A stretch of DNA of 64,000 bases from the human T2T-CHM13v2.0 reference genome, Homo sapiens: the NCBI RefSeq assembly GCF_009914755.1, contig NC_060926.1, one strand, 5' to 3'. Both the position numbers and the translations under genes were made by a program. The notes under the pieces were generated by a model. That model was not told the origin of the DNA. It saw only the letters and a program-made list of their open reading frames with translations, and made no database searches. Positions 1-12,927 of this stretch are shown piece after piece. The stretch's first letter is position 1. Every line of letters begins with the position of its first letter.

Positions 1-1292
1 AGAAGCCTTTGTTCGGAAAAGATGGCTTTGAAAAAGCAAATGTTAGTGTAAGATGCTATATTAGAGGAAGGGCCCGGGAAAATCCGGCCTGGGGCACAGG
101 GGCACAAGAACCGGTCTTTGTTTGGCCATCTGCAGTCTGCATCTGAGTGCCCAGGGAAGAGGCAGGAACTCAAATGGCTAATAGCTTTTGAACTCCAAAT
201 AAAAGGCAAACAAAGCCATTCTTAAACAAAAGGACTGTAGTCTTGAAACAATTCTTAAAGAGAAAGGCCCCGTTGATGTGTATTCCTCCCAAATGGAACT
301 TAATTAGGCCACGCATGTTCATGCACTTTGCAGACACCAGAAAACCCAATCCTTTCTGTATTCCTAGATCCAGGAGGAGCATGGGTAGCTTACAGCTGCC
401 TCAGTAGCACTATATGGATTGTCAGAGATATTGTGTAAATAATTATGGAGTTACCTCTGATAACATGTATGCCCATAACGGAACCACTTCCGGGTACCCT
501 GCACACACCCTTCACCCCAATTCTTATTGAACCACAGGACCCACAGCAGAACAGATGTTGCTGAGAACCCTGGCCATGGGCCTGTCAGGCAGGGATGTGC
601 ACATTGTGGGTGTGCTTAGTGTGGATAATGGGGATTCCTGGCAAATTTTAGACCTGGGTAACAGCGAATATAATTATTTCTAAAATTCTGGGTGTTTTGA
701 TTTTCATTCCCTTAAAACTTGCATCATGAAATGGGGGCCGTCTGAAGAATTCTCAACAAAAGGAAAATAGGAAGAAGCAGGGCCTCCCTGGGCACTTGCC
801 CCACAGTTTGAGTGATGTGTAGACCCACTGTGATGCATTGAGCTCATCACTTTATTCATTTAGAAATGCCTGCAGTGCACGTATCCATGGGTTTCTAACC
901 ACACAGCCCATTAAGCAGAGCTGACAAAATTGAGGCCCTGTGATATTCTTGCAGGTACTGATAGAGCTGGCACAAGGACCCAGGAGACCTCCCACACAGC
1001 ATCCTTTCTACACCAAGACACAGCCTTGATGACTCATCCTCTGTTGACTTGAATTTCCAAATTATTAGCTCTTTCCTGAGTAATCAGTGACATCTCATCT
1101 TTCCTGGGTTTGCATGGAGTCTTCTGGAAGATTTGGGGTCAGTCTCTACAGCAGCTGCATCTTAATGTGATCCCCCCATGAGTCAAGCCTTGTGTGACCC
1201 TTCCCCTTGAGTGGAACCTGCGACTTGATTCTAGCCAATGGAGTATGTCAGAGGTGATGGGATGCCCCTCACTAAAGGTAATGTTACATGCA

Positions 1293-1794
1293 AGGAGGTA
1301 TTCCAACCATGGGGCCATGGACCAGTACCCGTTAGGAACCAGGTTGCACAGCAGCAGGTGAGTGGTGGGTGAGCCAGCGAAGCTTCATCTGTATTTACAG
1401 CTGCTCCTCATTGCTCACTTACCACCTGAGCTCCGCCACCTGTCAGATTAGCAGCAGCATTAGATTCTCACAGGAGCACAAAACCCACTGGGAACTGCGC
1501 ATGTGAGGGATCTAGGTTGTGTGCTCCTTATGAGAATCTAATGCCTGATGATCTGTCACTGTCTCCCATCACCCCCAGATGGGACTATCTAGTTGTAGGA
1601 AAACAAGCTTAAGGCTCCCACTGATTCTGCATTATGGTGAGTTGCAGAATTATTTCATTATATATTACAATGTAATAATAATAGAACATGCACAATTAAT
1701 GTAATGTGCTTGAATAATCCTGAGACTGCCCCCCACCCCACCCCTGGTCCATGGAAATATTGTCTTCCATGAAATCAGTCCCTGGTTGCTGCTG
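1293..1794 (+). mobile_element. MER1A (hAT-Charlie DNA transposon fossil)
   Basis: Matches recalled MER1A consensus: gaagcttcatctgtatttacagc...cattagattctcacaggagc...ccttatgagaatctaatgcctgatgatctg. Confidence 0.85.
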
Positions 1795-2101
1795 TAGGAG
1801 ATGCTCTCACAGCTGACTGGAGTGAGATTACTTGAAGACATAAGCTGCCATCCTGCAAGAACACCACATGGCAAGGAACTGCAGACAGCCTTTAGGTGCT
1901 GAGAACAGCTGCAGCTACAGCCAGCTAGAAAAGAGGATTCAGTGTAGAGCCACAAGGGACTGAATTCTGCCAACAACCACACGAGCTTGGAAGAGGCATG
2001 CAGCTTGGCCGATATCTGACCACAACCTTGTAAGAACCTGAGGTCCCAACTAAGCCATGCCCAGTCTGCTGACCCACAGAAGTCGCAAGAGGATAAATGC
2101 A

Positions 2102-2746
2102 CAGTTGATTCTCATTATACACCATAGTTATGTTCTGTGAAGTCACCATGAACACCGAATTAGCAAATACCATTGCTGCTATGGGGAATGCAGGGTTAGG
2201 TTCCTATGAGTCTCTGGTCACAACATTTTTTGGTCACCCAATCAATACGTAACCTTGTTTTATGTGTGTTTCTATTGACAGGCACCTGATTTAATATATA
2301 TTGTTGATTCGTTACATTGAACTCTTGGCCAACAACGCCACAACTCATGCCTGTGTGAAGCTTCTCTAACACACGGATTTCCGCCAGGAAGCACATCACA
2401 GCCTTCTCATGCTTGGGAACACCAGACGGCTCTTCTGTGCTGTGCTTGGGACCATCTTAAACAGTGAAATCACTATCAAAAACACAAATTGGTGACAAAC
2501 CATGGCACTAAATAGACTGTGAAAAGGACAATTGTTTACAACGTGCGAGCTGGAGCAAGAAGGCAGAGCGTTGCTTTGCTCAACTCAGTGGGATGTGTGC
2601 CTTGGGTGACTCAAATGTTTCAAAACTCTGTGCACATCCACCAGTGAGCATGAAAGCACCTCGGGTATCAATTTTGGGGTTACTAATCGATTTCAGCAGT
2701 GGGAGAATTCACAAATACGGAATCTGTAAATGATGAGGATGGGCTG
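2102..2746 (+). mobile_element. MER82-like (TcMar-Tigger) non-autonomous DNA transposon
   Basis: Begins cagttgattctcatta and ends atgatgaggatgggctg (degenerate inverted termini); ~645 bp. Confidence 0.75.
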
Positions 2747-3915
2747 TTTTGTTGTTTTCAGCTGCTGAGTTTGTGATCACTTGTTAGGCAGCCATCGCCA
2801 ACTAACTCAGTCTCTCACTGCCGTCACTCTGCCTGCCGGCAAACCCCAGCCAAGCTCCCTCTCAGAAATAAAATTCTGTTTCCGGTGAACATGCTGTTTC
2901 ATACTCTGACTTTCTTTGCCTTCAGTCTTCCTTTGAACGTGACTCCTGTTCTGCACGTATGAGGATGTTAAACAAATACTGTTCTTCTGACACAACCTTT
3001 CTGTTACTTGAGTGTTTTATAGTACATTCCTAGAACTCCTATGTATTAGAAAAGCACAAGGAGCTGGAAGGCTTTGCTGCACTTCATAAAAATATGGTCT
3101 CTGTAGCAGACACAACTCATTCCCTCAGCCTGGCTTAAACATGAGGTCAAATCTCCTTTATTCCTCATTTTAAATCATCACATGGTTTAAGCTTTTTTCG
3201 TATCCCGCAAGATCATTTTTCTTGCTTTTGCAAGAATCCCACTTCCTTTCCCTGATGGATCAAAGAATTCCAGAGCTCACTCACCATGACTCACCCATGC
3301 CCCAGCCAAGTTCACAGGGCCGACAGAAAACCAGGAAAGTCGTTCTGTCCTCTGGCCAGCCCAGGCCTTGGCTGCATTGCTGTGGTCATTGCCCTGCTGC
3401 ACAATTTCTCAACCCCAGGGTCACCGGCCACCAGCGACTTTCCTTTGCTCTCTTCTATACCATTACAGAAAATTGGTTGAATATCTCCATGTGACTGAAG
3501 CAGGGACTGTCCCCTCTCACATCTGTCCCTCAGTGCAGGCACCCTCGCCCTTTGGACACAATCCTGAATATCAGACCAGCCAGATGTGTCCCACATTCAT
3601 TGGCAGAATTGAAGCTGAAAGACCCCAGATCCTGCTCTGTACAGCCTGGGCTTAGCGCTGTCTCCAGTAACTGAGCTGAGTAGGTTGACACTGTGCATAA
3701 AGCCATTGCTTCTCCCAAGGCTTGCACAGAAGATTTAGTGGGCAGGTTGCTAGCACCTTCTACTCTCCACTCAACATTGTCTCAGAGACCATCATCTAAC
3801 TCTCCACATTAGTGCACCCCTCACCCTCCGAATATGGAATCTGCCCCTCCCTCAATCAGTCCTCAAAACCAGCCTGCCCTCACGACAGGGTAAAAAACCC
3901 TCCCGGGTGCATGTA

Positions 3916-4227
3916 CAGATCCTCCTCCTTTTACAACGGGGTTATGTCCTAATAAACCCATTGTAAGTTGAGAATATCATAAGTTGAAAATGCACTCAAT
4001 ACGCCTCGCCTACCCAACATTATAGCTTAGCCTAGCCTAGTTTAAACATGCCTTAGCCAACAGTTGGGCAAAATCATCTCACACAAAGCCTATCTTATAA
4101 TAAAGTGTTGAATATCTCATGTAATTTATTGACTTCTGTACTAAAAGTCAAAAACAGAATGGTTGTATGGGTAGCATTGCAAAGTTGAAAAATCACAAGT
4201 CAAACCATGGTAAGTTGGGACCCTCTG
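3916..4227 (+). mobile_element. MER47A-like (TcMar-Tigger) element
   Basis: TA|cagatcctcc...ggggttatgtcctaataaacccattgtaagttg...taagttgggaccctctg; related copy at 35020-35379. Confidence 0.8.
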
Positions 4228-5502
4228 TGTTAAAAAATATTATCACAAAGGAGCTCAGAGTAGGACACAAACATCCTCATGTTGAACTGCACCACTGCAG
4301 CACAGAACTTAGATAAATGAAGAGAAAGAACAACACTACGTTTATGACATAGGAAGAAAAATCTGATTGTCCACACACAATGAGCAATGTTTCCCCATCC
4401 CAGGGGTTCAGAGTGATTTGTCTATTTCCCCATGTTGCTAGGTTAATCATCATCATCTGCTTCAATGCAGCAAAACAGGAGGAGAATTAATGAACCATTT
4501 CACAGCAAGCACTCACCGCGTCTCAGCATAGGCTTACAGAGTAGCCTCAAAAATAAATTACGCAGACCTGCTTTATGCTTGCAGAATGGAGAGAAGAGCT
4601 AACAAAGCCATAATTTTCCCTTCTTTTAAGCCTCTGCTCAAAATATATAGTTTTCCACTTTGGTTGATTCCCTTAGGATTTTGTATTGGTGGTGATTGAT
4701 TTTCTTCTTTTATCGTTATCAATTGACGCTGTGTTCTCAGATCACTGAACATTAGAGATGTTACAATCCCATTTTTAGAAAGCTATAAAAAGTTAAATTT
4801 GGAGAATGAGGGACAATACATAAAAAGCATTCTGAAGCATACTAGCACTTTGGCCTATAAAATGAAGATAATTGTAATAATTTATCACATAATTCTGCTT
4901 AAGATTTAATTATGTTGTGACTTTGAGATTTCTTCTTTCAGAATTTATAACTGCAATGAATCTTAAAACAATAAAGGAGTTGGAGAAGAATAAGGCAGAA
5001 GAAAATCCTTGATGTAAAAAAGATACAAGCACAGGATTCTTCAAAGAAAAAAGAAGAATGAGACAAATCTATGTGCCAATGATTACTCTCAACTCAGCCG
5101 TTAGCTCATTTGCATTATTTTAATATACATCACCTGCTCATAATATTCCATTTGGCTTCAAAATTCTTCCTCCCTCCATGGCAGAAGTGATTGGACATTA
5201 TTCTCATGTGACTTCTTTATCCTAGATTTCTCCTTAACAGCTACATTCCAAACTAATATTAAGAACCATCACATGATACCATTTACAAATCATAGGAAAC
5301 ATGCATGGAATTCAAAAGGGATAAAGTAGCATTCTCCAAAATATTTTATGGGCATTCTTATTTGTGCTTCACCTATTCTGAAAAGTGTTTGAGGCTTCTC
5401 ACTACTATATATGTATTAAAGTAGAATTTTTAAAAGTAAGAGAAGAAAACCGTGGGAACAATGGAAAACGAGGATAGGAAAAGTAAGATGAGGTCAGTGC
5501 AC

Positions 5503-5880
5503 CTGTATTATTCAACTAGTACTGCAAAAGTGCTGCATAATGGACAATGACAAAATCTCCGTGGCTGACAACTGCAGCATTCCCTTTGCACTCATAAGCC
5601 TGTGAGTCAGCTGGGGGCCTCTCTCACTGCAGACCCTGCTGGCTCTGCTCCACGAGTCTCTTGCCCTCCTGGGACCAGAGAGGCCAGTTGGGGCATGTTC
5701 TTTTCATAGTGAAGGCAGACCACAGGCTGGCAAATGGAAATGCATGATGCTTCCTAAGGCCTAGGCTCAGACCTGGCAACTGTCAATTCCACTTTCCTCA
5801 TCTTATGTAAGTAGAAACTCTAAAGCAAATCTGCACAAGGAATGGGATTCTGGGAAATGTAGTTCCCAGCCTTAGATGCC
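5503..5880 (-). mobile_element. Degenerate MLT1/ERVL-type LTR fragments
   Basis: caaaatctccgtggctgacaac, gggcatgttcttttcatagtgaaggcaga, gggattctgggaaatgtagtt motifs; heavily diverged. Confidence 0.45.
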
Positions 5881-5883
5881 TAT

Positions 5884-6352
5884 AGTGATGGTGGTAAAGG
5901 TGAGGGTGATGGTGTGATGGTGATGGGTAGTAGCGGTGATGATGGTGGTAACAGTGGTGGTAATGATGGTGATGATGGTGACAGTGGTAGTGACAGTGGT
6001 GGTTATGGTGGTGATGGTGGTGATGCTGTTGGTGGTGATGGTGGTGGTGGTGGTGGGTGATAATGGTGGTTATGGTGGTGGTGGTGGTGGGTGGTGATGG
6101 TGGTGATGGTGGTAGTGACAGTGGTGGTTTTGGTGGTGATGGTGGTAGTGGTGATTATGCTGGTGGTGAAGGTGAATGGTGGTGGTAATGGTAGTGATGT
6201 GATGGTGATGGTGATGGTGGTGGTTATGGTGGTGATGGTGGTGGTTATGGTGATGATGGTACCGGTAGCAGTGATGTGATGGTGGTGGTTATGGTGATGA
6301 TGGTACCGGTAGCAGTGATGTGATGGTGGTGGAGGTGCAGTGGTGGTGGTAA
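5884..6352 (+). repeat. (TGG/GATGGT)n low-complexity simple repeat
   Basis: Direct reading: ~470 bp of ggt/gat triplets; contains an exact 44-bp tandem duplication at 6232-6319. Confidence 0.95.
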
Positions 6353-6896
6353 CAAGCTGAAAATAGATAATTAAGCGCAGTATGAAAATGTTCAGTCCCT
6401 GAGCACCTTTCTAGACATAAGGTTGAAACAACTTCTATACTTTCTAGAATTCAATTCAAAGGGAAACATGATCACAGAGGCTGTAAGATTCACTTAGGGA
6501 TGGGTCATTTATAATTCATTGGGGAGCAGGTTCTTTTTGTGTGAAGTTTTATCTTCATCAATTTCAATCATTTCTGTTTTTTATCTGATGATTCCACTGT
6601 TTTCTCTGTTTTCTTTTTCTGTCACACTTATGTCTCATCATATCTCTCATTTTTTTCATCTTTTTATGTTTGGGAAAAATTTTCCTGACTCCACCTTTAT
6701 TTTTAAATCTCAAATAGTTGTTCTTTTCCATTTCTTTCTTTTTCAGAATATTTTGTTCTTGGTTTATGTACTAAAAATTTTACATCTCTCTATTAATTGG
6801 AATATTATTCTTAGATATTTTCTGTATCCTAAATTACCATATTTTTTCTGTTTATATTTTTTTCTGTTTCTTTGTTCAGGTCTTTCTTGTTTGAGC

Positions 6897-7425
6897 TAGA
6901 AATCAAAAGGTATCTGAGACAAATGTCAATCAATTTAGAAGTTTATTTTGCCAAAGTTGAGGATGCACCCAGGAAAAAAAAACAGAAGTTACAGTAGGAT
7001 CTGTGGCCTGTTCTTTATCCGAAGAGAGTTTCATGAACATCAATATTTAAAGGCAAAAGAGCAGACAGGAGTGAAAGGAGGAAAGAAAAAAAAAAAGGAG
7101 GGCAGGCAATGAGGCAAGCAGTTACATTCTTGTGAGGCTCTGATTAGTGCTCACTGCATCGACATTTTACATAAAAAGAGAGGAGTAGGGGGAAAAGTCA
7201 ATAATGCATTCCTCTCGAGCTCAGTAAATCTACATTTTACATAAGATAAAGTTAGCATGTGAAATTACAGCTCTCTGGGAACAAAGAAAGGCAGGTTTTG
7301 TTTGTTTGTTTGTTTCTGTTATATGTATTTTGTTTTGTTTTGTTTTTTGTGAATCAGTTCACAGGCTGAATTTTTGCCTCTGGCATAGTGACTTTGGGGT
7401 CTTAAGATTTTATTTTTCTTGCACA
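6897..7425 (-). mobile_element. ERV1 MER4-group solo LTR
   Basis: aaaaggtatctgagaca...tcaatcaatttagaagtttattttgccaa at one end, ttttatttttcttgcaca at the other; possible 4-bp TSD gagc/gagt. Confidence 0.7.
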
Positions 7426-8976
7426 GAGTTTAGGTCTCCTCCTCTGCCTGGTGATTCTTGGTCTTCTGTTTGGGATTGAGAAAACAGGATGGGTATGTGG
7501 TGTTGGTTCTCTCTGTGGCTGAGTCTCTATGGTATGGTGGGTGTGTTCAATTATTTTAGAAAATAGGCTACAGTGGTTTCTCTTGGAACATCTACAGGCC
7601 ACCTCTTCTATGGATCAAGGAGTATATATTCTTTGTGAACTTGTGACTTATCAGGACTTTAATAACCCCCCTGCATACCCAGTTAACATATTCTAGGAAG
7701 TTGCTTCACCACACGTTTCATTAGCCAACACATTTCCCTCTAACTAGCAGTGTCTGCATTTTCCATTAAATAATCCATGACTTCTCATACTATTTGCCTT
7801 TGCCAACTTCATCACATATTCAAACTCCTTCTCTAATAATAGGGCTATATGAACTAAAAATCAACACAGCTTTACGGCATTTTTAATATTTGGAAAAGTC
7901 ATTTCCCCTCATAATACTTTCTTTCAAAACATTTAAAATTTATTCTCAACACTTTTTTCTTCCACATGAACTTTGGATTTATTTTAACAAGTTTTCCCAA
8001 AAATAGTATAGAGACTTTGTTTGGAATTATTTTAATTATGTAAGTTGGGAAATTTAATCATACAAAATAGTCTTATCATCCAAGACATGTTATGTAAATA
8101 TTGGTATTACTTATTTTTTGGTGTGTAATAATAGTATCTATAATTATTTGTATGTTTTCCAAGTGGTTATAGACATTATAAAGACCTGATTTTTTATATA
8201 TTACTTTCAGAATCAGCCACTGAATTCTATCCACAATCCATATGTTATTTTGATTGACAATCTGGGGTGTTTATATACAATCATACTGGCTGCAAATAGT
8301 AATACTTCTATCTTCTTCATATCAAATGTATATTACTTGTTTTTGTCTTCTGTCCAGAGCCTCCAAAGTAACATTGTAATGTGTTGATAGGAATGAGAAA
8401 CGAAGACCTTCACTAAGTTTATTTTTCTACAGTTTCTCTATTCCTTGACTACACTGGGCAGAGGTATTTATTGTCTTTGCAAATAAATCATTTTTTGTTT
8501 CACTTATTAATCCCATCATCTTAAAAGTCATTAATTTCTGATTTCATCTATATTATGTTCTTTCTAATTCCCTACGTTGAAGGATAACATATATTTTTTT
8601 TCTTCTTCATTTGGAAATGAAAGCATTTAGGGTTAATAATTGGCCTCTCCCAATACCTTGGAAAGCCTTAGTTACATAGTGTCTTCCTTTTTAATAATTT
8701 TCTAAATATACTGAAATAATATTTGATATCCTATTAGTTATCTGAGAGGGCTTTTATTTTATTTGTTATATCTTAACTAATTGGGTTATTCTTTCTAAAT
8801 GTTTATTATAAATCTTGAATTTTAGAAAATTATGTTCACGAATAACAAGTTTTGCTCTGAGGATTTTATAGAGGCAAATATATGCAACTTTTGTAAATGT
8901 TCCATGGACATTCAAAAATTAGTAGTCCTATTAGTACGAGCTTTATCTTTATCTTTTCTAAGTCTTACATTATCAT

Positions 8977-9906
8977 TGTGATAGGCTGAACAGTGGCCCC
9001 TTAAGATATACAGGTCCTAATCCCTCAAACCTTTGGATATTACTTTATAAGACAAGACTTTGCAGATGTGATTAACAGTATTGAGATGGGAAGATTATCC
9101 TGAATCAACTTAAAGGAAAAAAAAACTGAGGCAAAATTAATAAAAGTAGAGAGTTTATTTGGGCCAAATTTGAGGACTGCAACCCAGGAGCATAGATCCA
9201 AATTGCCCTGAATCTACATTCTAATTAACAGCAGTTACAAGTCAGATTTTAAAGAAAAGAAGGAGAGGCAGTTCCTAAGCTGTTCACCAACAATTTACAT
9301 TAAAATAACATAGTCTATTGAATGGCTATACATTGTCTTTTGTATCACTAATTCCAGGAACAGGATATAAGGGTGAGACATCTGGTCTGAAATGCTTTTA
9401 AACAATTGCCCCCAGCATAGGTGTGGAAGGGCAGGGTGAGACTGAAGCCCTGTGCTCAAGTATCTCTGAGCCTGGTAAGTTCTGCCCACATCGTTCAGAC
9501 TGCTCTCAGCTATTTTTCTTTTCTCACCTGGATTATCCAGGTATGCCCTAAATGCAAATCACAAGTATTCTTACAAGAGGGAGGCAGAGAGAGATTTGAT
9601 AGAGAAGAAGAAGGCCTTGTGACCACTGAAGCTGGATGCTATGCTGCTGGCTTTGAAGGTGGAGGGAGGGGCCAGGAGCCAGGGAATGTAAGGAATGCAG
9701 CTCCAAGCTAGAAAAGGCAAGAAAGGGCAGGAAAACAGGTCCTCCCCAGAGCCTCTGGAGACGGTGAGGCCCTACTGACATCTCCATTTCAGCCCAGTGA
9801 AACTGATTACAGCCTTCTGACCTGCACAATTGTGAGACAGTCAATATGTGTCATTTTAAACCATCACATTTGTGGCAATTTGTTATGGCAGCCACACGCA
9901 ACTAAT
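8977..9906 (+). mobile_element. MLT1D-like MaLR LTR interrupted by an ERV1 LTR
   Basis: tgtgataggctgaacagtggcccc...actttgcagatgtgattaa...gagatgggaagattatcctg|insert|cctggattatccagg...aatttgttatggcagc. Confidence 0.8.
9103..9526 (-). mobile_element. ERV1 solo LTR (MER57-like) inserted in MLT1D
   Basis: Perfect 4-bp TSD CCTG (9099-9102, 9527-9530); agagagtttatttgggccaaatttgaggactgcaaccc motif; ends ttttctca. Confidence 0.7.
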
Positions 9907-10714
9907 TCTCTTTTCATTGTTTCCTGATCTACCATAGAGTAGTGGTACTGATAAACTCTCCCTAATAGTTGTATTTTGATCATTTCTTCTTGACTTTTAA
10001 AATGTGAATATACAGTGCCAGTACTGTGTTTCTCAGCATATGAAGGCTAAGGACCATTTTTACTGCTAATACCTTTCATAACACAACATGACTTTTATTG
10101 CCACTTTAAGGCTCCTTGAGTTGATGCCTACATTTTCTTCATATTGAAATAATCGTTTCCTCTGTCATGTGAACTTTCCTGTCTATCTTTCCCCAGTCTT
10201 TTATTTTAAATTGTAAAAGAGCTCTCCTTAATATTTATTTCTTGTATCATATCCTATTTTTGCTTCCTATTATAAGACTTTGCTTTGATATAGCGGAATT
10301 TAAACTGCCAACATTTATCATCATAACGAAAATGCTTGACCCTTATGCCTCTCATCTTGCTTTGTTAGGCTTTCCATTGTATACTTTACTGTAGCTTTCT
10401 TTTATATTCATGTTATTTGTATGATGGTATTTTTAAAAATTATACCAATGAATACTTTTAATTTTTAAAATATCTATTTAAATGTGTTCTCTAATTATCT
10501 AAGTCCAGAATAAAGCAATTATTTTGACTCCTTTTTACATAAGACTTAAAATTTATTACACTTTATCTCTTCCTATGCACTTGATTATTTCCTAGTCTTT
10601 GTTAATTTACTTTCACATTATAGACCTAGATCGACGTATATTATCATTGCTATTTTTAATAAAGTAAAAATTATTTGAGATTTTTTTTCTCTTTTTAGGC
10701 CATTTTAATGTAAC

Positions 10715-10832
10715 TCATTTATTCATCCAATAAATATTTATTGAGGACCTATACTATGAGCCAGATGCTGAGCTAAGAAGTGGCAGAGCCTTAGTGATCA
10801 AGACCACACAGCCTCTGCCTAGGCCTCATGGG
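10715..10832 (-). mobile_element. L2 3' end fragment
   Basis: tcatttattcatccaataaatatttattgag...actatgagccag (antisense L2 tail). Confidence 0.7.
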
Positions 10833-10924
10833 CTGTGGTGCTGTGTGGTCTCTGTGTTCGATCCATTTCAGTTCTCACCTACCCTGTGTTCAGGCCACCC
10901 TGAACTGGGCTTGGTTCTTTAGAA

Positions 10925-11572
10925 TCACCGTACCTACCATGTTACCAAGCCACCATGCCCTAAAGCCACCATGCCACTATGCCCCTATACCACCATGCTA
11001 CCCCATTACCACACCACCATGTCACCACGCCACCATGCCACCCATGCCATCATGTCACCATGCTACCACACCATCGTGCCATCATTCCACCATGTCACTA
11101 TGCCACACATCAACTCACCACCATGCCACCATACCACCATGACATCATGCCACCATGCTGCAATGTCCCCATGTCACCACCTCACCACACCACCATGCCA
11201 CCACATCATCATGCCACCATGTTACCATGCCACCACATCATCATGCCATATCACGTCACACACCATCATGCCACCATATCACCACATCATTACGCCACCA
11301 TGCCACGATACCACCATGTCACCATGTCACAACATCACCATGACACCATATCACCATGCCACCATATCACATCTTGCCACAATGCCATCATGTCACATCA
11401 CCATATCACCATGCCACATCACCATGCCACCATCTCACCATGATATGGTGAGATGTTACTTACTGTACCACTGTGTCATGATGCACCCTGTCATACTGAA
11501 CTATGTTATCAAGTTACCACACCACCATCTCACCCTGTCACCATCCCACCATGCACCATGCCACTATGTTAC
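10925..11572 (+). repeat. Degenerate (CACCATG/CACCATGC)n tandem repeat
   Basis: Direct reading: dozens of caccatgc/caccatgtca/caccatatca units. Confidence 0.95.
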
Positions 11573-11574
11573 CT

Positions 11575-11745
11575 GTCTCCTGGTAGGTGTTTGCCTGTTT
11601 ATTTCCCTCTTGTCCCTTGGACTGTGGGCTTCACAAGGGCATGGACCTTTCTGGTTTTGTTCAAAATTTTGCTTACTAGCACAATGCCTTGGCACCTTGC
11701 AACCATTCAATAAATGTTTATTAACTAAAGGGGTGACTAAGTAAG
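11575..11745 (+). mobile_element. L2 3' end fragment
   Basis: gactgtgggcttcacaagggc...tagcacaatgccttggcac...caataaatgtttattaa. Confidence 0.7.
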
Positions 11746-12613
11746 GTGCTCTTTTTTTGGTAATTAATTCTTTATATTGATTGCTTTTATGTTGGCTAGA
11801 ATATCTCTTAACTAATTATAAAAGAGAATGTGAATGGTCATTTTCTAATCCCCAATGTAACCAAGGATGACCCTGTGTTGTAAAAGTGTGGCTGGGTATG
11901 ATAGTCTTTGTACCTAACTTTGACTCAATTTTTACCTCTTAGAAGTGTGTGAATTTGGGGACATCATCCCCTGGCTTTTGCAGAAATGTCTGATGTCAGA
12001 TTAATTTTTGTTTGTTTTTAAATAATCTGCCCTCTTTTCTCTTTTGTCTAAATATATGTGAATTTTTATCTTTTTCCTTTAAAAAAATCCCATGTAGTGT
12101 GTTGGTCTTGCCTAGTATATGGTGAGTGTTCTTCCCCCTGTGGATTAAATGTTTGTTCTACCCAGAGAAGTTTTCATGAATTACAACCTCCCTTGAACTA
12201 CCCTGTCCACGTGCAGGTGGCCAAGTGACCTTCCCCCACCCACCACCATGTCGAGAACTAGAGCTCAAAGATATAGAGGAGGAATAAAGGTAGATGAAAG
12301 TAGGAACACCGCTGATAGCTTCAGAGATAGTCCTTGTGCAGTGACCTTGTGCAGTGAGAGGGTGTCCGCTCTGTTTTCTGATTAATGTGGACTCAAACAA
12401 AGATCACCCAGGGGGTCAAAGTCTTTTCCTACCTTCTCTGGGACCTGCTATGCTGATCTCATGCAGCGGACTTGGGGGAATTCCCTGTGTTCCTCAATTA
12501 AACCCAAGCTCTGCTAAAATATACAAATAGTCATCCTAAACTCTAGGTCCAACATTGGCCTAGAAACTCTAGGTCCTAATTTTCCAAGCTGTTAGATGTT
12601 TTTATTTTCCGGA

Positions 12614-12927
12614 TTTTTTTTTTTTTTTTTTTTGAGACGGAGTTTCACTCTTGTCGCCCAGGCTGGAGTGCAATGGCATGATTTCAGCTCCTGCTCACTA
12701 CAGCCTCTGCCTCCTGTGTTCAAGCGATTCTCCTGCCTCAGCCTCCCAAGTATTACAGGTGGGATTACAGGTGGCCACCACCATCCCCAGCTAATTTTTG
12801 TATTTTTCGGAAGAGATGGGTTTCACCATATTGGCCAGGCTGGTCTCGAATTCCTGACCTCAGGTGATCCTCCCACCTCAGCCTCTTAAAGTGCTGGGAA
12901 TACAGGCATGAGCCACCATGCCCGGCC
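12614..12927 (-). mobile_element. Alu (AluS, Sp/Sq-like)
   Basis: Poly-T then gagacggagtttcactcttgtcgccc...gccaccatgcccggcc. Confidence 0.95.

Larger units (their letters stand above)
1150..2809 (+). mobile_element. MLT1 (ERVL-MaLR) LTR, fragmented by MER1A and MER82 insertions
   Basis: MaLR-type motifs (cccttccccttgagtgg...gacttgattctagccaatgg; caagggactgaattctgccaacaaccac; 3' end ttgttaggcagccatcgccaactaactca); boundaries approximate. Confidence 0.65.
7430..12180 (-). mobile_element. Old L1M (L1ME-type) ORF2 fragments, antisense, interrupted by younger elements
   Basis: T-rich degenerate antisense ORF2 motifs (atcatactggctgcaaatagtaatactt; tttgtaaatgttccatggacattcaaaaa); boundaries approximate. 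Confidence 0.55.

Noticed and set aside
6091-6279. Val/Met-rich ORF resembling a transmembrane peptide
   Set aside because: Pure translation of the (GGT/GAT)n simple repeat
10971-11744. 257-aa His/Pro/Cys-rich ORF (longest in the track)
   Set aside because: The CACCAT repeat lacks stops in several overlapping frames and the ORF runs into an L2 fragment; no exon or promoter context
12332-12357. Small tandem duplications (ccttgtgcagtga x2; similar ones near 12540, 36385, 37010, 62440)
   Set aside because: Ordinary micro-duplications with no sign of function
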